Shown here one piece after another: positions 1-12,570 of a stretch of DNA of 64,000 nt. The notes beneath the pieces are model-generated. The model was not told the DNA's origin. It was given only the letters and a program-made list of their open reading frames with translations, and searched no databases. Positions within the stretch are counted from its first letter, which is position 1, and every line of letters begins with the position of its first letter. A program made the translations under genes and the position numbers. The stretch comes from Eledone cirrhosa (Eukaryota), in assembly GCA_964016885.1 (NCBI GenBank), contig OZ024742.1, positions 88,474,001 to 88,538,000 on the forward strand, in the 5' to 3' direction.

Positions 1-418
1 ATACAAAAAATATCAACGGCTAGAACAAGCCAAAATTCAGAAGAATAGAGAAATAGAAAAATAGAAATTTAAATGTTATTTAGATAATTTTTTCGGCTCT
101 GTTTGATAACATTGAGCTATCTCTTGTACTGTCATTTCTCTAATGCTACGAGTGTGTTTGACTCTAATGCACTCAAGTGTTTTTATCTTATATATATATA
201 TATATATATATATTGGTAAAATCCCGACTGTTGCGACAAGGTGTTCCGGTAATTTCACCTATCACTATACCCCCTCTGCATCTTCCCATGTGTTTAGTAC
301 TCCCATGATTATGAGTTACCCGGTCTCAGCACCACAAACTTTTCTTTTCTGTCTGTCAGACTGTCTCACCTTATATATATATAATTATATGCACACACAC
401 GCATGTACACACATACAA

Positions 419-469
<51 letters not shown>

Positions 470-573
470 TGTGTGTGTGTGTGTGTATTATGTACGGATG
501 TTATGGTACTTCTTTTTTACGTTTGAAAGAATGATATAGGGTATGTTTCTTAACAGATTTTTTTTCTATGGAA

Positions 574-1030
574 TCACGTTTTTCCTGCGTCATTGGGTAA
601 CATGAATATTGGTATACGAAATGTGTTTTTTGATGTTCGTTCTTGAAAGACGTGCAAGGTACTTAATAGGTGTGTTTTCTTTGCTGCACGTGAAAATTGC
701 TGTAAACACTCTCGTATATTTATTGTTGATGGGTTGTTGTAAACCAATAGAGAAAAATCCATTTCTTAGCTGCACACAGGATTTCTTCAGTAATTTTTTT
801 TTATTAGCTTCTAGGCACTATCTATAAACATATCTATTTAACTCTATTTCCCTCACTCATTTCATTTGAACACGTATGCCTCCATATTTCTCTGTTTGTA
901 CGTAGCTGTGTACGACAAAGTAGACTCATATTTGCCTTCATATATTTGGTTATTTGTTTGTTTGGAGACCGTCGATTCATATTATTATACGTGATATTCC
1001 AGAGGTTTCTATATTCCATTTTTCAAGACT
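574..1030 (-). pseudogene. Possible decayed TIR-domain segment of a Toll-like receptor
   Basis: Minus-strand reading through stops: ...TCSNEMSEGNRVK*IDMFIDSA*KLIKKNY*RNPVCS*EMDFSLL. This loosely follows the TIR pattern RDFxPG...I..S.K.I..S.N(F/Y)..S.WC..E.DFA. By-eye match only. Confidence 0.3.
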
Positions 1031-1816
1031 TGCCTAAGGAAATATATTTGATCTGAACTGCTATTTCAGGAAACGTTTTTCACTTATTCAGTTTATTCAA
1101 TTGCGTTGATCAATGATATGTACAAACAGTTGAAAGCTATTTTAATGTGAATAGAAAGGGAAACACTAAACGTTAAGTTTTCCTTTGTTTAATGATTTTT
1201 TTTTCTATTATTTTGTGTCTGCATTCTTTAGTGTTCAATTTTTTAAATCCAGAGTATAACATTTCTAAGAGCTTACATAAAAAATGGAAATGTTGAGTGA
1301 GAGCATTCATTTCAACTACCAATTTACATTTCTTTGCATTATATATATATATAATGTAGGAGGTGAGTTTTATTGTAGTACAATAAAGCAATGCAGATAT
1401 CGGATAATATGTTGATTTAAAACTGCACTATTCACAAGTGTTTTTTAACCTTCATATCATGTCTTCCTATTTTATCTGATGAAAACACAAATGTTATTGC
1501 ATGATGATATTTGTTTTTGAAATGCGCATAATAAAATACATGGAACTCTGTTGCAACGTTATTTGAAATAATATAAATTAATATATGATAAACACATAAG
1601 TGTTTGTAATTCAAAAGAAGAAGTTAGCTAGAATGAAATAAACTAATTAAAATAAATATAGTTTGTCTGTCTCGATATAAATCAATAAAAACAAACCCAT
1701 ATTGGCAAAAGCCGTGATTCCTGGACAAATTTCAATTTCAAAATCCAAACCTGCTCCGTAGATGAATTTGAACTTCAAAACCTAAATATGTTTCGCAATG
1801 ATGTTATAAAAAGTAC

Positions 1817-2486
1817 ATACGTACATACACAAGCATACACAAAACCTTACCATGGGTATACAAAACCACGCACATATAAATATGTGTGTATGCTTGTGTA
1901 CAAATAAATAAATAATTATATAAACGTATATAAGTAAATAAATACGTATATAACAAGCGCACACACGTACCTACATATAAATACACGAATGTTCGGAGAC
2001 GTAAGTCAACTAAAACAAGAAGTAAACATATACACACACCCACCATACGTACGAACCTGCATACTCACGCAGACGCAAAACTCCCGTATACACATAGCCA
2101 AACCCTAAATACCAGAAAGTATAAAAATGATACGCCATAACAATGAAATATACGTACGAGAAGGTATACATACATTCACAAAACATATTTAGGGTTTGGC
2201 TATGTGTATACGGGAGTTTTGCGTCTGCGTGAGTATGCAGGTTCGTACGTATGGTGGGTGTTTGTATATGTGTACTTCTTGCTTTAGTTGACTTACGTCT
2301 CCGAACATTCGTGTATTTATATGTAGGTATGTGTGTGTGCTTGTTATATACGTATTTATTTACTTATATACGTTTATATAATTATTTATTTATTTGTACA
2401 CAAGCATAGACACAGACACATATTTATATGTGCGTGGTTTTGTAAACCTATGGTAAGGTTTTGCGTATGCTTGTGTATGTACGTAT
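1817..2486. repeat. Long inverted repeat: ~295-bp arms, ~75-bp spacer
   Basis: 1817-2111 is the near-perfect reverse complement of 2186-2486. The mirrored ORFs 1782..1964(-) and 2333..2722(+) give the same N-terminal peptide. Confidence 0.95.
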
Positions 2487-2589
2487 TTGTTTGCGTGTAT
2501 GTATTTATTTATTTCTATTACTTGTATTGTATTTATTTACTTTGTTCTTATATCTGTAGCGGAGATTCATTAGGTCTCCTAGTTAGAAT

Positions 2590-2858
2590 TTTAGTCTACG
2601 ACTTCTGCTATACCATTTACGTGGTTTTGTCTTTGCGTGCTATTGTTCTCCACGCTCCACATATGACTTATTATCTTCGTTTTTTCGTTCATTGCCAGAG
2701 AACGTCTCTATGCACCACCTAAGAGAACATTAGTCTACGATCTCTTTTATACCATAAATGTGGTTCTGTCTTTGCGCGTAATTGTTTTTCACCGCTCCTA
2801 TTAATGAAGTATTATTCGTTTTTTCCCGTTCTTTGCCAGCGAACGTTTCCACGAACCA
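2590..2858. repeat. Diverged ~140-bp tandem duplication
   Basis: Two units starting TTAGTCTACGA (2591, 2730), both containing GTGGTTyTGTCTTTGCG and TTGCCAGmGAACGT. Confidence 0.8.
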
Positions 2859-3003
2859 AAGTATCGTCTTCCTGTCTTCCTCAGGTTGCAACGTTATTTG
2901 AAATATCCACTTCTGCGTTTACAGATTGACTTTGTTAGTTTCAGAAGATCCCGTTAAGGGTGAAAGCAGCGATTATTTGCTTAAACTTTAATCTGTTATT
3001 TTA

Positions 3004-3176
<173 letters not shown>

Positions 3177-3359
3177 CGATATTAAACAAATGGAAACTAT
3201 ATATATAAAACCATATTTATTTCATTATACATATTTCTACTCCAAAACTTGTTGAGTGCTTTATATCAGTTATAAAATATTTACTCTTTGTAACCCAACA
3301 ATTTTAAATAAAACTTTTGCATATATATATATATATGTGTATGTATATATATATATATA

Positions 3360-6058
3360 GCGCGTGTAAAGTTTTCGAGATCCATTGACGAGTTCTCACC
3401 AGCGTTCTCTCTCCCTCATTACCGCTCCCAGGTTCTGCGTCTCCAAGGGACCAGTGTCTGTCCTTAGGGCATCTACATATGTTAACCTCGGTCTTTCTCT
3501 TCCAGTGTGTCAATGCAGAGGCTCCCACAGGAGCATTGAGTGTGTCACATTTCAGCTGACTTTTGGGAGGCGCCCGTACAGCTCTGAGTTTTTCATCCTC
3601 AGTGTATACTGATTAATGTTCAGAGCCATCCACGGTATTCTCGTGTAGCACCCATCCACCATCTGAGTTAGTTACTTGGTCAGTGTCTAAATCTCAGACC
3701 CGTACAACAGCACAGGATCCACTACAGCAACGAAGAGGCGGATCTTCCGGTCTTTACGAAGGTCCGACCTCCACATCGATCTCAAGCTGTGGCACGCCGC
3801 CCAGGCTTTGTCCTTCTTCTCGACCGCATCATCTTCCCTATTCCCAACATATGCTCCCAAATACACGAAGTCCTCAAACAATTATGGCGGCTTCCCGCCT
3901 ACATTAGTAATCTTCTCTGGCTTCTTAATATTCTCTACCAGACATGTCGACTTAATCTCATTCATTGCCAGCCCCACACTCATCGACACAATATTCACCT
4001 CATGCGTCAAATCCTCTCGTCCTTCACTGTGTTTGTCACCACAACAATGTCGTCGGCAAAGGCAGCATATCATTTTCGCCTTAACTCTCGTGCTCTGAGC
4101 CGGTGTTACAGTAAAGCCAGAGTCCGGGTGTTTCTCCAGCGCAAGGCGTATACAATAGTCCACTGCGATGAAAAAAATGTAGGGAGCCAAGGTATCTCCC
4201 TGGAGCACTCCAGGCAGTATCTTCATAGAACTCTGTCATCCCATCAGTTGTAATGACTTGGGCTTTGGTGTTGGTGTAGGGCAGTGATATCAGGTCCACT
4301 ATCGTCTTGGGGATTTCATAAGCCTGTAAGATTTTCATCATCCAGTGACGGTCTACAAAATCAAAGGCCTTCCTAAAGTCAATGAAAACCATGTCCACAG
4401 GAAGGCACTTTGCTCTAGCTCCATCTAATACATTCGTCAGCATCAGGATGTGACTCGTGGTTCATCCTCCCTCTCTGAAGCCGTGCTGGTTGTCCCTGAC
4501 CTTCTTCTCCATCTCGGGCTGGATCCTGTTAAGAATTATCTTGTTGAGGGTCATTGCCACAAGTGACGTCAGTGAGATCCCCCTGTAGTTGTAGGTGTTA
4601 GAGAGATCTCCCTTCTTTGTCACTGGGACAATGTTACTGATCCTCCACTGATTCGGTGCAACTCCTTTCTCCAGTGCCCGGTTACAGAACTCCAGGATAA
4701 TATCATCAAAATCACACCCCTTCATCACATCTGATCCCACTCCATCTTCTCCATGAGCCTTGTCCACCCTGGATCTTCTTTTTGGCTCTCTGAAGTTCCT
4801 CTCTGGTGAAGGGCTCTGTCTCAATATCCTTTTCCTCAAGCGGCCGCATGATCACCCCAGTGTTCTGAGCTATGGAGGGCGGCCCTCCTAGTAAAATGGT
4901 ACAGCCACTTCCCCTTCCTATCCTCGAGCCCTATTCCCTGGATCTGACTCGAACACCTTCTCTTCCACCTTGATGATCATCCAACTCTCCTTACATCCAG
5001 ACCTGCCAACCGCTCTCTCCACACTTCTGGTCTTCTCTATCAGTGCTCCGTCTTTGGCCTCAGTGTAAGCGGTACAGAATTCTTCCCTCATCACCTCCCC
5101 ATTCCCCTTCCTGTCCTCCGTAGGATCAGCATAGAATTGGTCCTTGGCAGCTTTCAGGTGTTCTCTGGCTGCACACACTCTTGGGTCCGCAGAGCTGACG
5201 TGCTTCCTTTTGTTCTTTTTCCTCAACACCAGGGTCTGACTTGCTTCCACCACTGCATTGGTGAAGTACCCGTACATCCTCGTAGCACTCTCCTCAGTCC
5301 CTCCAATATTCCACACAGAGCACTGAACATGTTCCTCACTTCTACTGTGAACCTCTCCTGTATCATATCATATTCCTTGAAAGCTCTTCGGGATGAGCCT
5401 TGCTCTTTCTTGAGCTCACCCGGACCTCACTCATAACAAGCCGGTGTTCACTGGCCAGTGTACTGAAATAGTTGTATGGTTCTGTGTTCAGAACACTATT
5501 CCTCCACTTTTTCCTCACCAGAATGAAATCAATCTGAGACATGGACATGTGTATATCTGAGATGTAGATCCACATCTTCACCAGATTCTTCATAAACCTT
5601 AGGTTGGTTGCTATCAAGTTCGCCTACAGCGGGGTGTCCCTAAATTATCTTCCATTTCGGTTGGTATTGTTATGGAAGTACCAGCAAGGATCTTCACTGC
5701 TCTCCTTACTCAGATGTGCATTGAGAGTCCCCAAGAACAAGCAGGATGTTGTGAACTTGTGTGGTGTTGACAGGTCTACACACCTCCTCATGGAACTCTT
5801 CGCACTCACATCACTGTCTCCATCTGTTGGACTCTAGGCTGAGATGACTGTCAGTCTTGGGTTTCCATTGAAGGTCACGCTCAACACTCGCGGGGAGACA
5901 GGCATTATTTCCCTCATCAATAGATTGCTGCTACTGCAGCATTGGTCATGTTCTTCACTGGTGTTGTGATGGTGAGCTGGCTCCTCTTCCCAATCATCAC
6001 ACTCCTCACGGGCTCATCGTGTAGGATCCTGCGGTTGGATCCCAAGTATCTGCATACC
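3360..6058 (-). mobile_element. Decayed RTE-clade non-LTR retrotransposon (APE + RT) in a (TA)n tract
   Basis: Frameshifted fragments: APE SQIDFILVRKKWRNSV...SEHRLV (5363-5617); RT NYRGISLTS...QHGFR, FIDFRKAFD, GVLQGDTLAP; thumb LLYGSE. (TA)n flanks both sides. Confidence 0.85.
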
Positions 6059-6090
6059 ATATATATATATATATATATATATATTCATTG

Positions 6091-6234
6091 TTTGAAATTG
6101 CGAACCCTTTCCCATCTAACAGCCGTCAAATGGAGAATACATTACCCCAGGGGACGGCATTGGAGATGCACTGGAAGAGTCACTCAAACTCACGGGGTTA
6201 GCAACTGCGGCCAGTCAAATCCGATTCAACAGCA

Positions 6235-6320
<86 letters not shown>

Positions 6321-6466
6321 GTGTATGCGTGTAATCGGATTTGAATGACCGCAGTGGCTAACCCAGTGAGTTTGAGTGACTGTTGCTGTGCATCTCCATT
6401 ACCGTCCACTGGGGTAATGTATTCTCCATTCTGTCGGCTGTTAGATGGGAAAAGATTTGCTTCAAA
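6091..6466. repeat. Fold-back/MITE-like inverted repeat (~135-bp arms) around a (TA)n(TG)n spacer
   Basis: 6091-6226 is an imperfect reverse complement of 6333-6466 (TTTCCCATCTAACAGCCG...TCAAATCCGATT). Confidence 0.9.
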
Positions 6467-6529
6467 TATACAAGCCAAATACAAGGTCATGTGTTCAAAC
6501 AATCAATGTAGCAAATAAATATTAATTGT

Positions 6530-6705
<176 letters not shown>

Positions 6706-7399
6706 TCTCAAGCCTTTAACATGATTTATTAACAATGATTGTTTATTTTTCAGTCTGCTTTCATCAGCGAAACTTCGAAATATAATGTTATCATTCATAA
6801 TTATATTTTTTGTTAGTATATGCAATTGAGTAAGTGAGGTTATTTGTGAGTTTCTGTGTGTAACTGTTTACGTGTGTGTATGCCTGTATTTGCGCTTACT
6901 TTACATGTGAATCAAAAAGGTAATGCAAAAGACAGAAATGGAAGAGAAGAGATAAAACGTATATGAATGACTAACTGACAGCGAAAACAAGAATTGTTAT
7001 ATAATATATATGTTAACAGTAGAACAAATCATTCAAACTGGTTTTCTATTATTACAGTGCTGCCGTCCACCAACTACAGACTGACCATCGTCGTCTTTGT
7101 TATTCTAAGTGATCAATCAGTGATGCTAATGAGGTGCTTGTGCTATACAAAGAAAACTTCTGGATTAACGTTTAATTTGCCTACTAAAGTTCAACGCAAT
7201 TTTAACTCCCACTACAATACGTCTCATTTATCATTTTTATTAATTTTTATATTTTATTTTTATCTGACTTTCTCCCCCTTTCTCTTTGTTTCTTTAACTT
7301 CCATTGTTCTTCCTGCATTTCATTACACTATTGTCTTTCCTTCACTTACGTTTAACAAAGTATTTATATTTTACTTCTTTATTGGTCGCTTTCACTAAA

Positions 7400-7678
7400 T
7401 TCATTTATTAATGTCTGATCTCCTCAGATGTCTCATTTAGCATTCCAGTAAAGCAATCATGTTTTATTTAATTAGTTGTTTATTTAGAAATGGTTATAGC
7501 TTATATGTTGTAAAAAGCCTGAAAATTGTATATGTTCAAATCTGTTACAAAAAATCAGATGTGTCTATTGTACAATATTCAACGTTGGTTGAAGTAATTT
7601 GCTAACATTAGAAAATAAATAAAGAGAGAATGAAATCGAGAAACAAATTGTTTTTGAAAGTCATCAAATTTACGTGAA
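7400..7678 (-). pseudogene. Possible decayed leucine-rich-repeat coding sequence
   Basis: Fragments in shifting frames: IHVNLMTFKNNLFLDFI, LQHISYNHF and KHDCFTGMLN resemble LRR units. Confidence 0.25.
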
Positions 7679-8375
7679 TTGTCAAGTCCTCCCAACGCAC
7701 AGTGCAGCCTGGCCTCGGACAGGCTAACGCGCCAGCTCCACCAGCACCGCCTTGCTTGTTTTCGTGCGGCCTCCAAACCCCACAGTGATGCCAGGCTCCA
7801 TGCCCATACCTCCTTCTCCACTGGCACGCAGCTAGACAACCATAGCCTGCGAATCGGCGTTTCCCTGAAGCTCGGCCTCCGGATCTGCCAGCCACACCAA
7901 TGTCGCTGCGGTTCCACCGCGGACTCTTTCGGCCTCCACCCGCTTTCCTGTCGCCACAGTGCCGGCCGTATTCCACGCCATGCTGCCCTCAACGAGGTCA
8001 CTAAGCATGGCTTGGACGCTGCAGGCTTCCCTTCCCAGCTCGAGCCGGTGACGTTGGATCGAGGGGACGGCAAAAGGCCAGATGGCATGACCATCTTCCC
8101 GTTCCGTGGTGGCAAAACCCTCTTCTGAGATGCCACTTGCACCGACACTTTCTGCAGCCGCAAACTGGTGCCGTCTGCGACTGACCCAGGTACTGCCTCA
8201 CGTCGGGCTGAGCTGGCCAAACTCCTCAAATACAGGTCACTCTCCGACAGGTTTGCGGTCGTACCCCTGGCAGAGGAGACTTCTGGTGCCCTTGGCCCCC
8301 AGGGCTACCTCCTTACTCACCACCATAGGCGCTGTGCTGGCCAGCCTCAGGAGTGAGCCCCACGAGTTGGAGTGA
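7679..8375 (+). mobile_element. CRE-clade non-LTR retrotransposon 3' fragment (zinc finger + restriction-like endonuclease)
   Basis: GC-rich island encoding LKLGLRICQPHQCRCG...HPLSC...RHAALN...EP...DGKRPDG...F*DATCTDT and PLAEETSGALG, typical of the CRE RLE domain. Confidence 0.8.
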
Positions 8376-8559
8376 TAAATTCGGACTTGAAAAGCAGAAT
8401 ATTGTATTCTAGCTTAAAACAGATACGTAGGAATATATATTCATGGAAAATATATCGAGTCTGTCAGTAAGGGACTTGGAAACATAAAAGTTTAAATATA
8501 ACTTGCAAATGATCCCGTTGTTTTTTGTTTTTGTTTTTTAGTTGTTTTTTGTTTTGGGG

Positions 8560-9084
8560 TTTTCATTTTTTTTATCTCTTTCTGATAAGCTCTCAATAAT
8601 TATATTACAAATCAGGTACAAGAATCACTTCCTCAGTACCTCAATCTTCTGTCAAAATCTCCTACGCGGAATTTGTAAAAAAGCAATCGTTCATAATTTT
8701 AAGCTCGATCAAATTTCGCACAACCGGTCTGTGGAATCGATGGAAAAGAAAGCTGAGAAGCATCTTAGATGTAACCAACCAATTTTAATGTTTTCGAAAT
8801 GTATCCGGTAACATACTAAAATATGTCATTCTTTTCTGTAATACTAGGCTGTGTATTCCAGGAGATTTGGTCGTAGTTTTTTCCAGGCTTAGCGAACATA
8901 TACATGTTATCTGATTAGCTTCTTGATCATATATTCTCAAACCTGAGACTGAATATGTATTTCTTATAATGGCACAATCTCTCACATTTGTATTGACTGA
9001 ATCGAAAGGGTACTTGAACAGCATTTTGTCCGTCGACCTGACGCCGACAATAGCTAAACATAAAATCACAGAAAAGAGACTCAA
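8560..9084 (-). pseudogene. Possible N-terminus of a secreted LRR/TLR-like protein, frameshifted
   Basis: Signal-peptide-like LSLFSVILCLAIVGVRS, Cys residues, then IHSLVLQK...MLPDTF continuing after a 1-nt shift as ENIKIGWLHL. No in-frame ATG seen. Confidence 0.3.
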
Positions 9085-10680
9085 TTTAAACGATATTTAA
9101 TTTTTTTTTAAATAATAATAATAAGGAGTGTAGAAATAGTTTGAAGTGAAATGTGAACGGTACATTCTCTAAAACATGAACGTGGACAGTATTTTAATAG
9201 ATCTGGCAGCATTAAGAAACAACAATATGAATTGATGTTTTAATAACAAGTGAAAATATGTGGGCAAGTGAGTTCTTAATGTCCAGTTATAACATCTCAG
9301 TTAAGAGTAAGTATCACGCAATACCATTCAGTAACTTTTATTCCAGAGATATTTCTAAAGATGTAATCAATGATTTCGTACAAAGATTTGCATTTAACTG
9401 TTGGATATTTGTAACACATTGTTCTTTATGATTACAAATGCAAGTTGTGGACGTGACTTTCTGGATGTTAAGGGGAAATATGTTATAAAATCAATGGAGA
9501 CCCGATGCACGACTTGAATATAATGGTCTTTGTGAAACACCGATTATCATTTGTTGATGATGGCAAAACTTGCTTTTCCGATAGCTTGTTGATTATGTGC
9601 CATGTTTACTTACTTAGCGGAAGAAACGGTATTTTTCTGAAACAGAGTATCTCCTGAAAATATGAAGGAAGGCATTTGGTAGTAAATTAGAGGCACTAGC
9701 ATTCGTGACGTAGTACGCCTGCCAACAAGAGCTTAGCATTTATTGATTTCATTTCAGATTACCAGAGCTGCAAGTGGAACTCCATTGTTCAGATACAAGA
9801 AACCATCATAAAGAGTATAAGTTTCAGGCTTTGGCAAAACACGAAAAGTTCTCGTTTTCGTTTTTAAATTACAAAATGTTGAATTGACGAATGGTTATAA
9901 ATACTTTTCATATTTTCTCAATTTATTGATTAGTAAGAAGGAAAGTATCAATTGAATCAAAGCAATCGAACATAAGTAATGACTTTGTTATCAGAAAATC
10001 AACTACACCTAAACAACATAGACTTTGACCACAATTAAATAAAAAATGACGTAATAATAGTTGGAAAAGAGGCCTGGAGGCGGGGCTTGCTGATGAAAGA
10101 ATCAGTCGCTGTAAATATAGCGGCCCCTTTCACCGCTACCCCAGCATTAGTGGGGCTCATCTACTGGCATAGACGACGAAACCCCTACACCACAGCTCAA
10201 AGATTGACATATCTGATGTGGTACGCGGTACATCTGAACGTGTCAGAGCAGCCCAAAATGCAATGAGTCTTATGTTGTAAATTCCCGTGCGATGTCTCTT
10301 TCCGTCTTAACATGCAACGCGCATCATGTGTTTGTTTTCTTTTGGTTATAGTCCAATACCTCTGAGCAACAATAAATCCTGGGTCAAACAAAAGCTTTTA
10401 CACATATGGTTATAGAGCGAAGTGATGGAAATCATTCATCGGTTCGAAACCAAACAAAAACAGATATTAAATTAATACTAATGACGTTTAATTTAATAAT
10501 GGATTCTTTTGACAAATAGAATACTGATATACATGAGAATGAGTCATCTATAAGACGCTTTCAATGTTATAAGGATGTTAATTAACTATATCTTAACTAT
10601 AATAAAGAAGGGAGTGCGAGACTGCGTCCAGAATATATGTTTTCCCCGTTTGTAAAATAAGTTCGATTACTTTGAATAAA

Positions 10681-10745
10681 TAATTGTTTCTACTTTTGGC
10701 ATACAGCCAGCAAATAAACACTAAATAGCTGGTACTTTATTTACT
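10681..10745 (-). mobile_element. Degenerate SINE 3' end
   Basis: Reverse complement of AATAAAGTACCAG...GCTGGC...AAAAGTAGAAACAATTA, matching other SINE copies in the window. Confidence 0.55.
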
Positions 10746-11639
10746 GGGATAGTAAATATTTGAATACATAATGAATGCATATTACATAATTTATGAACTC
10801 TTGATTAAATATAAATAATGTTATCGATTATTTAAAGATTCTCTTCTTTAAAATGTTCAAATGTCAACACTTCCAGTTAACGCCCGTTATATTATAACAC
10901 TTGTAAAAACATTGCAGATATTTCCGTCGCTAATTTTCTCCTAATGCAGTTTATATATATCGTCTTTTTAAATGTATCATGGATTACTTTACTGATTGCA
11001 GAAGAGAATGTAACACAGACTCTCTTCAATGGCTGTGGATTTTGTCAATTAAGATTTTATTTGACACGTCATATTTACATGCGTATAATAACAATATGCA
11101 CACTACACATATTTGCGTATAATATCAATATGCACACTACACATGCTAGCAGAAAACCACTCGAAGGGTGGTTTTTCTTTTAGTGTTTATAATACAGTTA
11201 CCTTTACAAAGCAAACAAATATAACTATGTGCTTTTCTTTCACATATAAAGATATTGTTTTTTAACAATAATGCCTACGTATAAAAAAGGACTGCTGGAC
11301 AAATATTACAATGAACTCTGCTAAATATCAATACACAACGAAGTACATCAAGCAAATGGGAGACCATCTTTTCTGTTGCCCGACCAGCTAAAGTAGCCAA
11401 CCCTTCTTAAATTAAACCCTACCTAATTCAATAAAAAAATTATTGCATTAGGTGTACAATCACACGTTGAACAGTGTTGATCTTAGATCGAAAGGATCAA
11501 GGCTGGCTTGGGATAAACAGCAACAACAATTATGGTCAAAGATTTTGCAGTAGAAATGCTTATATTCACTCACATTTAACATCTAATAAACATCTACCGT
11601 GTAACAACTTTACTTCCCAATTTCACCTATACTCTATGG

Positions 11640-11990
11640 TGTAAGAATATTCTATCTGGAAGCCCACAACTGTTATCTGATATAACTAAATGTGAAAGGT
11701 TTCAAGGAAAGGTCATTTTTCACTATCATGTTACAAACAATCTAGAAGCAAACCAAGGAAACAACATATTCCAACTCACCCTTCAACATAGAATAAATCA
11801 CATTAAGGAGACTCATAGTATACAGACGGTAACATTGCCTTGTTAACTACGATGAAGATTTAGACGCACAAAATACAAATTCACTAGAGTGGCATTTAGA
11901 ATTCAATTAACCTGATAAATGAGAACTTGGACGACTAAATACATCTTAAAATCTAATTTTCGTTTGCGTATTTACCTTTGTTTAGTTGAA
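11640..11990 (+). mobile_element. Highly decayed CR1/jockey-type LINE 3' remnant
   Basis: W-SPQLLSDITKCERFQGK resembles the WSP...DI.KLERVQRR motif. Confidence 0.35.
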
Positions 11991-12453
11991 GTTATAGCTA
12001 AGTTAATTTAAATGGTTTACAAATGATGTGTTCAGAGGCTTCAAATTATATTACATATTGTTTAACTGCTACATAATTTGTCGTGACCTACACATCGTCA
12101 ATAAGATTAACCTTTGCATATTACAAATATGTCTTTCTTTATTGTGCTCTTTATTAGTTTATTTATATACTTATCTATTATTTGTAAGTTTTGTAAATAT
12201 TTTCTCTAGTTTCTATTAAGAAGTTTTTCTCCTTTTACCATGATTAAACATTTTCAAATTGGAGTCCTGTTCGTCTCAAAACTACTGAAATGTATTTATC
12301 TGCACAACTCTCGTCTTTGTTTTATTTGTCGGATTTCGGCAACTCAAAAGAGTGTTTCCAAACGTTTTTAATCACATTTCTTGTTAGTTTTTTTTTATTT
12401 TCAGTATTGTTCTTTTCATGTTATCTTTCCATCCGTCATTAATATTACCAACA

Positions 12454-12561
12454 TTTGACTTTGCCTTTCATCCTTACGGGGTCGATAAAATAAAGTACCA
12501 GTAATGTACTGGGTTATTGCTGGCCTTGTGCCTAAAGTAGAAACAATTATTATTATTATTA
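12454..12561 (+). mobile_element. 5'-truncated SINE whose (ATT)n tail opens nested array 1
   Basis: TTTGCCTTTCATCCTTACGGGGTCGATAAAATAAAGTACCAG...GCTGGCCTTGTGCCTAAAGTAGAAACA(ATT)n, shared with copies at 41.4, 44.9 and 47.2 kb. Confidence 0.85.
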
Positions 12562-12570
12562 CTGTTGTTG

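Larger units (their letters stand above)
1550..2905. repeat. Segment bounded by an exact 21-bp direct repeat (possible target-site duplication)
   Basis: GTTGCAACGTTATTTGAAATA at 1550-1570 and 2885-2905. Confidence 0.7.

Noticed and set aside
2940-2975. Minimal hammerhead ribozyme (CAGAAGA-TCCC..GGGT-GAAA)
   Set aside because: The core reads CAGA rather than CTGA, and no stem III or cleavage triplet could be built.
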